Source: an archaeon
Lineage (GTDB): Archaea; Nanobdellota; Nanobdellia; Pacearchaeales; GW2011-AR1
Assembly: GCA_030636025.1 (NCBI GenBank)
Contig: DAOVXQ010000005.1
Location: 12,700-76,699 of the forward strand
Reading direction: 5' to 3'
Length of the DNA stretch: 64,000 nt
Both the position numbers and the translations under genes were made by a program. This document shows, one piece after another, positions 9,936 to 19,709 of this stretch. The notes under the pieces are model-generated. The model saw only the letters and a list, made by a program, of their open reading frames with translations. It made no database searches and was not told where the DNA came from. Every line of letters starts with the position of its first letter. Position 1 is the stretch's first letter.

Positions 9936-10441
9936 GGAAAAAAGCATTCCTCCTCGGAGAATACACTTTAAAAATCATAATTGCAGTTCTATCTATTAGT
10001 TTATTATTATATTTACTTTTTGTTATTTATGGAAGTTATAATGATGATAAAAAAATTGCACAAGCAGAGGCAGATATAAACAAAATTATTGAAAAAATTG
10101 GCTTGGCTAAAACAGAAGGAGTTCAAAATCTTATTTTGTTAGAACCTAAAGGATGGATTTTGATTAATTTTAATAAAGGAGAAAATCGACCATTAAGCTG
10201 TGAAGGAAATTGTATTTGTATTTGTGAAGAAGCAGTTTCTAAATCTGCCCAGCCGGAAAAATGTTCTGAAATAGGTTTTTGCAAAAATATAAAAGAAAAT
10301 GTAGAATTGCAAAAAAAAGTATATTCAATAAGAAAAGACCCTGTTCTTTTATTTAGATGGTCTGATTCGGAATTTGAAGTTGTTACAGAGATTAAAATTG
10401 AATATAAAGAAAATAAATTTATAATAAGTAAAAATGAATAA
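9926..10441 (+). CDS. pilin-like protein
   Basis: MQIGKKAFLLGEYTLKIIIAVLSISLLLYLLFV. Overlaps both neighbouring genes. Confidence 0.55.
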   Translation: MQIGKKAFLLGEYTLKIIIAVLSISLLLYLLFVIYGSYNDDKKIAQAEADINKIIEKIGLAKTEGVQNLILLEPKGWILINFNKGENRPLSCEGNCICICEEAVSKSAQPEKCSEIGFCKNIKENVELQKKVYSIRKDPVLLFRWSDSEFEVVTEIKIEYKENKFIISKNE

Positions 10442-10547
10442 TAAAAAAGCAGAACTAGAATCAATGATAAAAATTATCTTATGGGTTATATTTTTTGGAA
10501 TAGCCCTATTAGGTTTATATTTTTTGTTCAAGAGGTTTGTCTATTAA
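10434..10547 (+). CDS. small pilin-like protein (37 aa)
   Basis: Below the track cutoff. MNNKKAELESMIKIILWVIFFGIALLGLYFLF. Confidence 0.4.
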   Translation: MNNKKAELESMIKIILWVIFFGIALLGLYFLFKRFVY

Positions 10548-10548
10548 A

Positions 10549-11268
10549 ATGGCTACAGAAAAAAAAGCAGAACTAACATCAAAACAATTAATCACGATAA
10601 TAATCCTAATCATAAGTTTTTCAATCATAATACTTTTCTTTTTTATGTTTGATTTTGGAGGAGTTATTGACGAAGAAAGTTGCAGAAATTCAGTGATAAT
10701 GAAAGGAACATTTTCTTCCTTAGGTAAAATTAATCCGATTTCCCTAAAATGCAAAACTAAAGATATTTGTTTGAGTATGGGTGGAGATTGTGGAGGATTT
10801 AAAGATGCAAAAAAAATAATAGTTAATGAAAATTCCTTAACTAAAGAAATAGTTAATTTAATTTACAGATGCTGGTGGATGATGGGAGAAGGAAAAGTGG
10901 ATTATTCTTCAAGTGGGTGTGCAATCTGTTATAAACTTCGTTTTGACGAGCAAATCCAAAATAATGAAAACTTAAAAGAGGGAATAAAATATTCAGAAAT
11001 TTATGATTATATGATTAATAATAAAATCTCTGAAGATAATGAAAATTATTTATATAAATTTTATAAATTAAATTCTGTCGATGCTGTTAGAAATAAAATC
11101 TCTGAAACAAATAATTTAGATATAAATAAAGAAATAATTGATTTCTCTGAGGAATATGTTATTGTAGATTCAATTTATGATAAAAAAAATAATCCCCCGG
11201 TTTTAGTTAAATTCACTGCTGAATCTTTAAACCAATTTAATTGCGACGAGTTTGTCACAGAGGCTTAA
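10549..11268 (+). CDS. pilin-like protein
   Basis: Start placed at MATEKKAELTSKQLITIIILIISFSIIILFFF; the track ORF begins at 10537. Confidence 0.55.
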   Translation: MATEKKAELTSKQLITIIILIISFSIIILFFFMFDFGGVIDEESCRNSVIMKGTFSSLGKINPISLKCKTKDICLSMGGDCGGFKDAKKIIVNENSLTKEIVNLIYRCWWMMGEGKVDYSSSGCAICYKLRFDEQIQNNENLKEGIKYSEIYDYMINNKISEDNENYLYKFYKLNSVDAVRNKISETNNLDINKEIIDFSEEYVIVDSIYDKKNNPPVLVKFTAESLNQFNCDEFVTEA

Positions 11269-11694
11269 ATGAAAAACAAAAAAGCAAATATTCTAACTGA
11301 AAATGTTATTTTCATTATTTTAAATCTTGTGTTTTTTTCAGTTATGATTCTTTTTATTTATTTGCAAAGTTCGTCTGTTCATATAAATGAAGAAGAAGTT
11401 GCAAAACAAATCGCTTTGTTAATTGATGCATCTAAACCTAAAACAGAAATCAGTATTAATTTAAAAGATTTTTTTGATAAAGCAAAAAAACAAGGTATTG
11501 ATAAAGAAAAAACAATTGAAATTGACACAATAAAAAATTTAGTTACTGTTCGCGGAAGTGAAGACAGTTTTTATGAATATGGTTTTTTTAATGACGAGGT
11601 TGAAGTTTACATTATCCAAACCCAAAAAGATTCTGACAAAGATTTTTTAACATTAGAAATTACGAAAAAAGGAGAAGAAAATGTGGTTAAATAA
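11269..11694 (+). CDS. pilin-like protein
   Basis: MKNKKANILTENVIFIILNLVFFSVMILFIYL. Its start directly follows the upstream stop. Confidence 0.55.
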   Translation: MKNKKANILTENVIFIILNLVFFSVMILFIYLQSSSVHINEEEVAKQIALLIDASKPKTEISINLKDFFDKAKKQGIDKEKTIEIDTIKNLVTVRGSEDSFYEYGFFNDEVEVYIIQTQKDSDKDFLTLEITKKGEENVVK

Positions 11695-12166
11695 AAAAGC
11701 AGGCGAAAAAGTTCTAAGCATTTATCTTTTTATAATTTACATTATCGTCGCCATTGGAATAGTTTCAGGAGTCTTGCTTTTTTATGGGGCATTAGATATT
11801 AGAGAGGTTGAAGCAGAAGTTTTAACAGACAAAGTAATTGATTGTCTTACAGAACAAGGAAAATTAAAAACAGGAGTTTTAGAATGGGAAAATTTAGATA
11901 ATTGCAAATTTAATTTCAAAGATAATTCACAAAAATACGACGGAGAAGAACAATATTATGTTCAAATAGAATTTTATGATTTTGATAATTCAAAAGAAAT
12001 AAGAAGTTCAATTGAAAAAGGAAGAAAAGATTTTTTCCAATATTGCGAATTAGATGGAGATAAACTTCCAAAATGCAATATGAAAGAAATTTATATTTTA
12101 AATAATGGCGACAAAATTTTACTAAGAATTTATTCTGTCGTCGGGAAGGTTGCAAAAAATGAATAA
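11681..12166 (+). CDS. pilin-like protein
   Basis: MWLNKKAGEKVLSIYLFIIYIIVAIGIVSGVLLFY. Its ends overlap the neighbours. Confidence 0.55.
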   Translation: MWLNKKAGEKVLSIYLFIIYIIVAIGIVSGVLLFYGALDIREVEAEVLTDKVIDCLTEQGKLKTGVLEWENLDNCKFNFKDNSQKYDGEEQYYVQIEFYDFDNSKEIRSSIEKGRKDFFQYCELDGDKLPKCNMKEIYILNNGDKILLRIYSVVGKVAKNE

Positions 12167-12719
12167 TACAAACTTTTTTGGAAAAACAAGTTTGAACAAA
12201 AAAATAACTTTTCCGAGAAAAGTTAAATCAAAATCGAACTTTTTTCAAAATAAAAAAGCAACAATTGGAGCAACAATGACGTGGATAGTTGCAACCATAA
12301 TTATCTTATTAGTAATTATTATTTTTGTTTATCTATCTACAACATTCTTTGCATACAAAAAACTTGAAAATTTAGACCCTTTTGTTCAAACAAATGAACA
12401 ATCTTCTGAAATAGATTCAGAGCAAATATTATTAGCATTAATGCAGACAGAAATTGATGGAACAACAATTAAAGAATTAATTATAAATAAAGAAAAAGAT
12501 ATTTTAGAAAAAATAGATATTATAGCAAAACTTCCGGTTAATTCTAAGGGGGCTCATTGGGAACTTTCTGCAAAAGATAATGAAGATGAATATATTTTTA
12601 GAAATGGGAATCAGTTTTTTGGAGCAATTTATCCTCCTCGTTTTGTATTTTTAGGAAGTTCCAAACTTAAACTTGAAAATAACATAGAAGTAAAATTAAT
12701 ATTAGGAAGATATCAATAA
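12150..12719 (+). CDS. pilin-like protein
   Basis: ...FFQNKKATIGATMTWIVATIIILLVIIIFVYL. The KKA motif sits after a basic leader. Confidence 0.5.
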   Translation: MQKMNNTNFFGKTSLNKKITFPRKVKSKSNFFQNKKATIGATMTWIVATIIILLVIIIFVYLSTTFFAYKKLENLDPFVQTNEQSSEIDSEQILLALMQTEIDGTTIKELIINKEKDILEKIDIIAKLPVNSKGAHWELSAKDNEDEYIFRNGNQFFGAIYPPRFVFLGSSKLKLENNIEVKLILGRYQ

Positions 12720-12720
12720 A

Positions 12721-13005
12721 ATGAAAAACAAAAAAGCAGACATCGCAATAACAATTTTAGTAATTATGGTTATCGCCCTATGCACAATTGCCACACTTAG
12801 TTTTTATTTAGTAAACAAAAGACAAGAATCATCTGGAATTGAATCAGTAGTTTATCTTCAGCAAGTTTATAATCTTGCAGAATCAGTAAAGTTTTCTGAA
12901 AACTTAGGAGAAAATTTATACAAAGAATACGATTTGGAAAAACCAAGCATAATTGAAAAAGAATTTTTAGATGGAAAGTTGAAAATTAAATATGAGTTTG
13001 GATGA
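12721..13005 (+). CDS. pilin-like protein
   Basis: MKNKKADIAITILVIMVIALCTIATLSFYLV. Last gene of the operon. Confidence 0.55.
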   Translation: MKNKKADIAITILVIMVIALCTIATLSFYLVNKRQESSGIESVVYLQQVYNLAESVKFSENLGENLYKEYDLEKPSIIEKEFLDGKLKIKYEFG

Positions 13006-13051
13006 GGGTTTGAGAGGTTTTTGAAAACAGGAGAATTAACCGACGACCATT

Positions 13052-13167
13052 TAATTTTGAGAGATAAGCCCGCTTTTTGTTTCTTTTCTGCTCGAAGAGT
13101 ACCCATTTGGGGCAAAAAGAAAATAAGGAGTTCCTTTTGCCTTCTTTTTTAAAAAGAAGATTTACCA
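13052..13167 (+). repeat. copy B of the ~118-bp conserved intergenic element
   Basis: Same orientation as copy A and again between convergent genes. It ends in the perfect hairpin cttcttttt-t-aaaaagaag (13149-13167). Confidence 0.8.
13149..13167. terminator. palindromic hairpin, possible bidirectional terminator
   Basis: 9-bp perfect inverted repeat with a 1-nt loop and T/A runs on both sides. It sits at the convergent gene ends. Confidence 0.3.
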
Positions 13168-13938
13168 AGAAATATGAGCACTGAAATCAGAAGACCACAT
13201 ACTTTTTTTAATTCCAACTTTTCCTTCTGTGTCTTTTGGAACATCAAAAATTATTTCTGCCCTTTTTGGAAGTCCGGGCTGTAGTTTGTCTAGTGAGCTA
13301 AAAAGATTGTCATATCCATAATACATTTTTGCATCAATATCTTCTTCAAATTCTCTTCCTTGTGAATCAACTATGAAAATATTATCTTGGAAGTATTCTG
13401 GCTCGTTATTTATGTTTTCAATTGTTACATCCGCTATTAAAAAAATTCCGTCCGCTTTTTCTATTCCCAGTATGCTTTCTCCAACTTGCGTTTTTGATTT
13501 TACTCCATGTAAAATATATTTGAAGTCACCAATTATTATTTCTTCGTTTAATGAATATAATAATATTCCATTTTCTTTTGGAATTGAATTTGAATTACCT
13601 ATTTGTTGAATATCAGAGCTAGAATTTAAATCTTCCGAATTAGATATTCCAATTCCCATAAATATGAAAATAATTATTATCAAAATAAATTTTATTCCTC
13701 CCGAAATTTTGAAATTAAATTTTTCCTCTGCTAGTTTGTTGAAGTAAGGAATTATCATTGCAGAGCAAAGCATAATTACAATTCCTGAAAAAAGTGAACC
13801 TTGACCAATTACCCCCATACCACCAAATAAGAATAGAATTCCGAATATCCAACTAAAGATTAATCCCGCTGTAATTTTCCTTACTTCTTTACTCATAATA
13901 AAATAAATAAGAATATTCTTTATAAATGTTACGCCCAT
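13162..13938 (-). CDS. membrane-anchored DUF4352-like extracellular beta-sandwich protein
   Basis: N-terminal TM helices. The C-terminal region ...GIFLIADVTIENINNEPEYFQDNIFIVDSQGREFE...LQPGLPKRAEIIFDVPKD is the DUF4352 pattern. Confidence 0.55.
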   Translation of the reverse strand: MGVTFIKNILIYFIMSKEVRKITAGLIFSWIFGILFLFGGMGVIGQGSLFSGIVIMLCSAMIIPYFNKLAEEKFNFKISGGIKFILIIIIFIFMGIGISNSEDLNSSSDIQQIGNSNSIPKENGILLYSLNEEIIIGDFKYILHGVKSKTQVGESILGIEKADGIFLIADVTIENINNEPEYFQDNIFIVDSQGREFEEDIDAKMYYGYDNLFSSLDKLQPGLPKRAEIIFDVPKDTEGKVGIKKSMWSSDFSAHISW

Positions 13939-13977
13939 GTAACGCCCCTATTTTAATATCTGTTACGCCTTCGTTAC

Positions 13978-14199
13978 ATGAAAAAAGAAGTAGAATTAGA
14001 AATTTTCTTGAAAAAGAGTAAACTTAGAAAAGAAGTTTGGGAAAGATTGATAAAAATGAAAACTGCAACAGAAATTTCTAAAGAGCTGAATAAACATAGA
14101 AGTTCGATAAGCAGAGTTTTATTAGATTTAGAAAAAGTTGGATATATTAAATGCTTAAATCCGGAAGATATTAGTTTTAGGTGTTATGTGAGGATTTAA
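13978..14199 (+). CDS. small winged-helix (ArsR-like) DNA-binding protein
   Basis: ...MKTATEISKELNKHRSSISRVLLDLEKVGYIK. Confidence 0.55.
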   Translation: MKKEVELEIFLKKSKLRKEVWERLIKMKTATEISKELNKHRSSISRVLLDLEKVGYIKCLNPEDISFRCYVRI

Positions 14200-15512
14200 T
14201 CTTGAGTTTGTGGATTGTTTTGAATTTCATCCATTATTGAAAGAAAAGCAGTATTTGAGCAAACACCTAACGAATTTGCTACATGAGAGAACAAATGGGC
14301 CGTTTGAATTATTGGATGTTCCTTTATTTCACTTAGTTCAATAATAATTGAATATTTTGGAAATTCTTGTTCAGACTTCATACAGATAGGAACACCAAAA
14401 TCTTTTACATATTCAATAAATTTTTCGCTATCAATATATAAACTACTTCTCCAACAATTTCTTAATTTTAATTTGAACTCTAATTTTTCATTATATCCTT
14501 TTTTTTCTAAAAATTCAATGTAGTTATTAATCAAACCAAGAATTGAACCGATTATATGTCGAGTATCTAAAAAAGTTATATTTGATATCGACTCTTCCTG
14601 AGATTTTTTTAAAATATTTAAATATTTTCCCCAATGTTTTTCTGAGAAAACAATCTTTCGATTTAGAGGAATTAATAACTTAAGATTTCCAGAAATGTCA
14701 ATTTCAACAGTTAAGCCATTATAAGCTAAGTCTTGATTTTCTAAAGTTCTTATAGCTATACTTTCGGAATATGTTTGTGCAGAATCAAATTTCATGTTTG
14801 CGTTGAATGAAGCCAAAATACTTCCATCTTCTTTCTTTTCTTCAATTTTTATTTCCCCATTAAATTGCTCTAAAAACTCTTTAATAGTTTCTTCCTTAAA
14901 GAAATCATTTATGATAAAATGATTAAAGGGCGTTGTATTAACATAAATTTCTAAATAAGGAATATCATCTTCTCCTACGCAAAAATTAAGTTCAGAATTT
15001 CTAAATTTCCCTATCTCGCACCCATAATTTTTAGCTTTCTTATAAAGTTCATCTATAGCAAATCTATTGTTTTCAGCAACGATTAAATCTGAAGCAGATT
15101 CTTGTCTTCGATAAATTTTACCGCTTGAATGTATGTATGGCGGATTTTCCCCACTTTCAACTACAGTCATTAGAACTTTCTTCCCATTTTCTAGAGTGAT
15201 TGGGTATGTTTCTAATAATGGAAATGGTTGAACATTTCCTTGAACAGCATTTCTAATATCATCGGGGGAATCGGATACACCCACTATATCTTTTGCGCAA
15301 TTTGTCTCTCCATCCTCATCTATTCCCACAAAATATATTCCTCCATACGAATTTGCAAAAGATGAAATCTTTTTTGCAATTTCCTTTGAATTAGGTTTTT
15401 CTTTTTTATATTCAATATTCCAACCTTCCGCAACTGATTTAAGGATTTCCAAATCTCCTTCTTTTACATCCCTAAATTTCTTTTTCCCGAAGGGGTTAAA
15501 TATTTGTTTCAT
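14196..15512 (-). CDS. AlbA_2/Schlafen-type divergent-AAA domain protein with uncharacterised C-terminal region
   Basis: N-terminus EGWNIEYKKEKP...IAKKISSFANSYGGIYFVGIDEDGE matches the AlbA_2 (E.EfK ... AfaNt.GG.l.iGv.d.G) pattern. The C-terminal ~300 aa are unassigned. Confidence 0.55.
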   Translation of the reverse strand: MKQIFNPFGKKKFRDVKEGDLEILKSVAEGWNIEYKKEKPNSKEIAKKISSFANSYGGIYFVGIDEDGETNCAKDIVGVSDSPDDIRNAVQGNVQPFPLLETYPITLENGKKVLMTVVESGENPPYIHSSGKIYRRQESASDLIVAENNRFAIDELYKKAKNYGCEIGKFRNSELNFCVGEDDIPYLEIYVNTTPFNHFIINDFFKEETIKEFLEQFNGEIKIEEKKEDGSILASFNANMKFDSAQTYSESIAIRTLENQDLAYNGLTVEIDISGNLKLLIPLNRKIVFSEKHWGKYLNILKKSQEESISNITFLDTRHIIGSILGLINNYIEFLEKKGYNEKLEFKLKLRNCWRSSLYIDSEKFIEYVKDFGVPICMKSEQEFPKYSIIIELSEIKEHPIIQTAHLFSHVANSLGVCSNTAFLSIMDEIQNNPQTQD

Positions 15513-15614
15513 ACTAAAAATAAAGAAAGGTTATTTATATATTTAATTCTCGGCAAAGCTAACTATCTATCCAAAGGATTAAAAACCAATCACCCCCAAA
15601 ACACTCCCCAAAAC

Positions 15615-16400
15615 CTATTTAGCTTTCTTTAAAGAAATCGCTTTTGGTTTCGGTCTTTCAGGTTCTGATGCCTCGCCAGTTATTTTCCGTAACTCTCTTA
15701 TATTATCTGTCAATGGATTAAGAATTTTCGAAAACGAGTCCTGAGTTGAATGCATCTCTTTCGCAATAGTCTGAATGTCTTTCCCATATTCACCAATCTT
15801 TCCAATAATTGCCATCTGCAATTCATTCAAAATATTCTCAATTTTTTCCAGCCGATTCCCAATCCTTTCAATCTCCAACTGAGACTCTTCCTGAAATTTC
15901 ACAAAAGAAGTTATCTGTTTCTTAAGATTCCGGGTTTTCTCTTCAATTATTTGTTCAGCAACCTCTGTTATTGTCTCAATATCTGAACCTGCCTGATATT
16001 CTGGATAATATTGTTCTTCATATTGTGGTGCTTCTGTGTAAGGTGTTGTAGGTGATTGATATTGGGTTGGGATTTCTTCTGACACAGGTGTTTGCGATAC
16101 GGGTTGAGTTGTTGGAGAAGGAACTGGTGTCTGCGTCATACTCGGTTGCATCTCAGTTGATTGAGGAGAGATTTCAGAAGAATAGTTTTGCTGAGCAGTA
16201 GGCATTTGAGGTTCAGATGGCATTTGAGGTTCTGGAATTTGTTGCGGCTGTTCAGCCCCAATTGCAGATTTAATCCTCGACTGAGAAAGTGCCTCATTTA
16301 TTTCAACAGGAGAAACCCCTTCTTGTTTCAATGAATCAACAATTTCAACATCTGTTTGTCCTCGCTGTTTCATTTGCATTACTTTTTCTAAAACTGCCAT
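15615..16400 (-). CDS. hypothetical protein with a Pro/Gln-rich linker and C-terminal coiled coil
   Basis: 261 aa. It has a small helical N-domain, a P/Q/T-rich low-complexity middle and a heptad-like C-terminus. Confidence 0.45.
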   Translation of the reverse strand: MAVLEKVMQMKQRGQTDVEIVDSLKQEGVSPVEINEALSQSRIKSAIGAEQPQQIPEPQMPSEPQMPTAQQNYSSEISPQSTEMQPSMTQTPVPSPTTQPVSQTPVSEEIPTQYQSPTTPYTEAPQYEEQYYPEYQAGSDIETITEVAEQIIEEKTRNLKKQITSFVKFQEESQLEIERIGNRLEKIENILNELQMAIIGKIGEYGKDIQTIAKEMHSTQDSFSKILNPLTDNIRELRKITGEASEPERPKPKAISLKKAK

Positions 16401-16435
16401 CTTTAATATAAGTTTTTTTAGTTTTTATTTGTTTA

Positions 16436-16801
16436 CTAAACACTATTCTTCAACTCCTCTTTCACAATATTTTTCACATCTTTTATTCTTGCTAATTCCA
16501 AAGGTTCAAACATTTTCATCTGTCTTTCAAAAATTTCCAACTCTGGCTTCCTCGCAAAATTAGACATCTCATTAACAATCCTCGCCAATAATCTCTTAAT
16601 TGATTCAATCTCTGTCTTTAATTGTTTCATTTGCTTTTTAGAATTCGACTCTGTCTTCAAAAATTCCTCTCTAAAAGAAATCAAATTCTCCCCAATTAAA
16701 AGAATCCTGTCCTTAAGAAGCCGTTGTTTTTCTTCTACCTCATTTAATCTTGTTCCAAACCCGACCAAAAATGCACCTTCCTGAGATTGTTCTTCTACCA
16801 T
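16436..16801 (-). CDS. hypothetical coiled-coil protein
   Basis: 121 aa. Charged heptad-like sequence. Confidence 0.4.
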   Translation of the reverse strand: MVEEQSQEGAFLVGFGTRLNEVEEKQRLLKDRILLIGENLISFREEFLKTESNSKKQMKQLKTEIESIKRLLARIVNEMSNFARKPELEIFERQMKMFEPLELARIKDVKNIVKEELKNSV

Positions 16802-16902
16802 CTTTTCACTAAAATAAGGAATGAGGGGTTTAAAATTGTTTTTATACAGGATTTTTAGAAATATTTATTCAAATAAATCATCAAGAGAATAAAAAAAGTT
16901 GC

Positions 16903-17286
16903 CTATTGACCTGAATGGTCTCTTCTTTTTTTAATTACTTCTTCAGGTTCTTCGTCAATTAATTCTTCAGGCATTTTAATAGGCGTATTAAAACTTATAT
17001 ATCCTTTATCTTTATCAAATCTTTCAATCTCTTCAATTCTCTCTAATCCCTCCATGCAAAATTTTGCTGCATCTTCTAATGTGAGACTTCCAGTATCTTC
17101 TATTGAAGTAATCTTTCCAGCAAATGTAGGATATTTTGCTTCAAAAAATGATTTAGCCACCATATCAGAATCTGCTTTTATAAACCTTTCATTCATCCCA
17201 ATAGGCATTGAATCTAAAGGGCTATAATTTGGATGGTTAAAAGTTATTTTATATATTGTTTGCATTATAAAAAAAATGATTCTCAT
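16903..17286 (-). CDS. hypothetical protein
   Basis: 127-aa ORF. No motif recognised. Confidence 0.35.
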   Translation of the reverse strand: MRIIFFIMQTIYKITFNHPNYSPLDSMPIGMNERFIKADSDMVAKSFFEAKYPTFAGKITSIEDTGSLTLEDAAKFCMEGLERIEEIERFDKDKGYISFNTPIKMPEELIDEEPEEVIKKRRDHSGQ

Positions 17287-17393
17287 TTTTTAAATAAAGT
17301 TGTAATGTAAAATATATTATTAATGATTATAAAATTAAAACAGAGTGCAAAGACACATAAATTTATAATGATTTATTTTTTATTTATATTGAG

Positions 17394-19709
17394 GTGAAAA
17401 TGTTATTCAAATCAGGAACCCCGTTGTATTCTTATGAAGTCGTAAGAGAACAGACAGGAACACAAGTAATGTATGTAAATTTTTTGGGCGCAAGTTCTGT
17501 TCCAAATCTCGCCAATGCAGAAATTATGGTCAGGGCAATTGACCTGTTAATCCAGGCACCAAATATTTCACGAATTGTTTTCGTCCAGCAAAGAAATTAC
17601 AGCTACGATTCAAAACAAATTTTCCTATTGCAAGAAATTGCAAATCTATATGTTCATTTAACTAAACAAGAAAATATCCTGTCCCCCTTAAAATTATCAA
17701 TAATGAACTCGGAATATTTAGGGCAAAGACATAATGACATAAATTATCTTTTAATGAATTTGAAGAGAGACCCTATTGCATGTTACTTTGAATTAAAAAG
17801 ATTTTTAGAAAAAGAAAAATTAAATTTAATCAATACTCCTGAAAATTTGAAAGTTGATCAAGTAAGTTACATTCGGGTTTTGGAAAAATTTTTATCTCTC
17901 TTAGAAAAAACGAAATTAATTCAGGAGGCAAAAGAACATCTTCCAAATTACTCTTTTGGAAATCGAAATATTTATTTTCATTTTTTTAGACCAGACATAA
18001 TTCCAAATTTTACATTCACAAGATTAGTTGCATCCCTGCCAGCAGATGCAAAAATAATTAATCAATATGAAATCGGAGAAAATTATGATAAATCTGTTGT
18101 CACAATTTTGAAAAAGAAAGACGAGACAAAATACATTTATCATTTAATGCCTCCGGAATATTCCTTAGACGAAGACAATCAAGAGTTGCTGAATTTGGCA
18201 AGAAATGTTTTAATTGAACATCAGCCCAAGGCAGAAGAGTTCACAGACCCTGAAAAAACAAGGCAGGTTTTTTTCAATGTTGCACGAGATTTATTAAGAG
18301 AACTCGCAGAAAATAAAAATACAAAATTAAACTATGATGAAATAAACAAACTCTCTGCAATTTTAGTCAGACACACAATCGGGTTTGGCTTGGTCGAAAT
18401 TTTATTGCAGGATAAAAACCTTCAGGACATTATGTTAAACTCTCCAATTTCCATTAATCCGATTTTTTTAAGACATCAAAAATTCGACGAGTGCATAACA
18501 AATATTATCCCGAGCAGAGAAGACGCAGATTCTTGGGCAGCGAAGTTTAGAATGATTTCAGGAAGACCCTTAGACGAAGCAAATCCAGTCTTAGACACAG
18601 ATTTATCTTTAGGAAATATAAGAGCAAGAATCGCAGTCATCCAACAGCCCCTATCACCAAATGGTTTGGCCTATGCAATCAGAAGACACAGGGAAGAGCC
18701 ATGGACATTGCCCCTATTCATAAAAAATAAAATGATGAACAGTTTCACAGCAGGCCTAATGAGTTTTTTAATCGACGGTAGCCGAACATTGCTCGTCGCT
18801 GGAACCCGGTCATCAGGAAAAACATCCCTACTCGGCTCCCTAATGTTAGAAATCCTGCCCAAATATCGTATTATCTGTTTAGAAGACACACTTGAACTAC
18901 CTGTAGAAGCACTAAGAAAATTAAAATACGACATCTTAAGAATGAAAGTCAGAAGCAGTTTATTAAAAACAACAACAGAAATCGGGGCTGACGAGGGAAT
19001 AAGAACCAGTTTAAGATTAGGCGACTCTTCATTAATTATCGGAGAAGTCCGAAGTTTAGAAGCAAAGGCATTATACGAAGCAATGAGAGTCGGGGCATTG
19101 GCAAATGTTGTTGCAGGAACAATCCACGGTGCAAGCCCCTACGGTGTCTTCGACAGAGTAGTAAATGACTTAGAAGTCCCAGTAACAAGCTTCAAAGCAA
19201 CAGACTGCATTCTCGTCGCCAATCCAGTCAAAACCCCTGACGGAATGAGAAGCATGAAACGAGTTGTCCAACTAGCAGAAGTCAGAAAACACTGGACAAA
19301 AGACCCATTAGAAGAAGGCGGATTCGTAGACTTGCTAAAATACAATGTTGAAAAAGATGAATTAGAACCCAGCGAAGAATTAATCAACGGAGACTCTGAA
19401 ATAATCAAAGCAATTGCAGGAGGAGTAAAAGGCTGGGCAGGCGACTGGGACGCTGTTTACGACAACATTTTATTAAGAGCAAAAATAAAACAAGAATTAG
19501 TCGATGTTGCAACAGCATCAAAAAACTTCAAAATCTTAGAAGCAGAATTCAATGCCCTAAGTAATAATATGTTCCATGAATTTTCTAAAGATGTAAATGA
19601 AGAAATTGGTTTACCTGTTGGAGAAAGAGTTTTTCCATTGTGGCAGGAGTGGTTGAAGAAGGAAATTAAAGCAAAAGATTTGAATTCTGTTAATCCTATT
19701 TCGCCTTAG
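17394..19709 (+). CDS. type II/IV secretion-family ATPase (FlaI/ArlI/PilB-like) with long N-terminal extension
   Basis: Walker A is LVAGTRSSGKTSLLGS. ICLEDTLEL, IIGEVR and GTIHG boxes follow in the order typical of GspE/FlaI ATPases. Start is GTG 17394 or ATG 17400. Confidence 0.8.
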   Translation: MKMLFKSGTPLYSYEVVREQTGTQVMYVNFLGASSVPNLANAEIMVRAIDLLIQAPNISRIVFVQQRNYSYDSKQIFLLQEIANLYVHLTKQENILSPLKLSIMNSEYLGQRHNDINYLLMNLKRDPIACYFELKRFLEKEKLNLINTPENLKVDQVSYIRVLEKFLSLLEKTKLIQEAKEHLPNYSFGNRNIYFHFFRPDIIPNFTFTRLVASLPADAKIINQYEIGENYDKSVVTILKKKDETKYIYHLMPPEYSLDEDNQELLNLARNVLIEHQPKAEEFTDPEKTRQVFFNVARDLLRELAENKNTKLNYDEINKLSAILVRHTIGFGLVEILLQDKNLQDIMLNSPISINPIFLRHQKFDECITNIIPSREDADSWAAKFRMISGRPLDEANPVLDTDLSLGNIRARIAVIQQPLSPNGLAYAIRRHREEPWTLPLFIKNKMMNSFTAGLMSFLIDGSRTLLVAGTRSSGKTSLLGSLMLEILPKYRIICLEDTLELPVEALRKLKYDILRMKVRSSLLKTTTEIGADEGIRTSLRLGDSSLIIGEVRSLEAKALYEAMRVGALANVVAGTIHGASPYGVFDRVVNDLEVPVTSFKATDCILVANPVKTPDGMRSMKRVVQLAEVRKHWTKDPLEEGGFVDLLKYNVEKDELEPSEELINGDSEIIKAIAGGVKGWAGDWDAVYDNILLRAKIKQELVDVATASKNFKILEAEFNALSNNMFHEFSKDVNEEIGLPVGERVFPLWQEWLKKEIKAKDLNSVNPISP

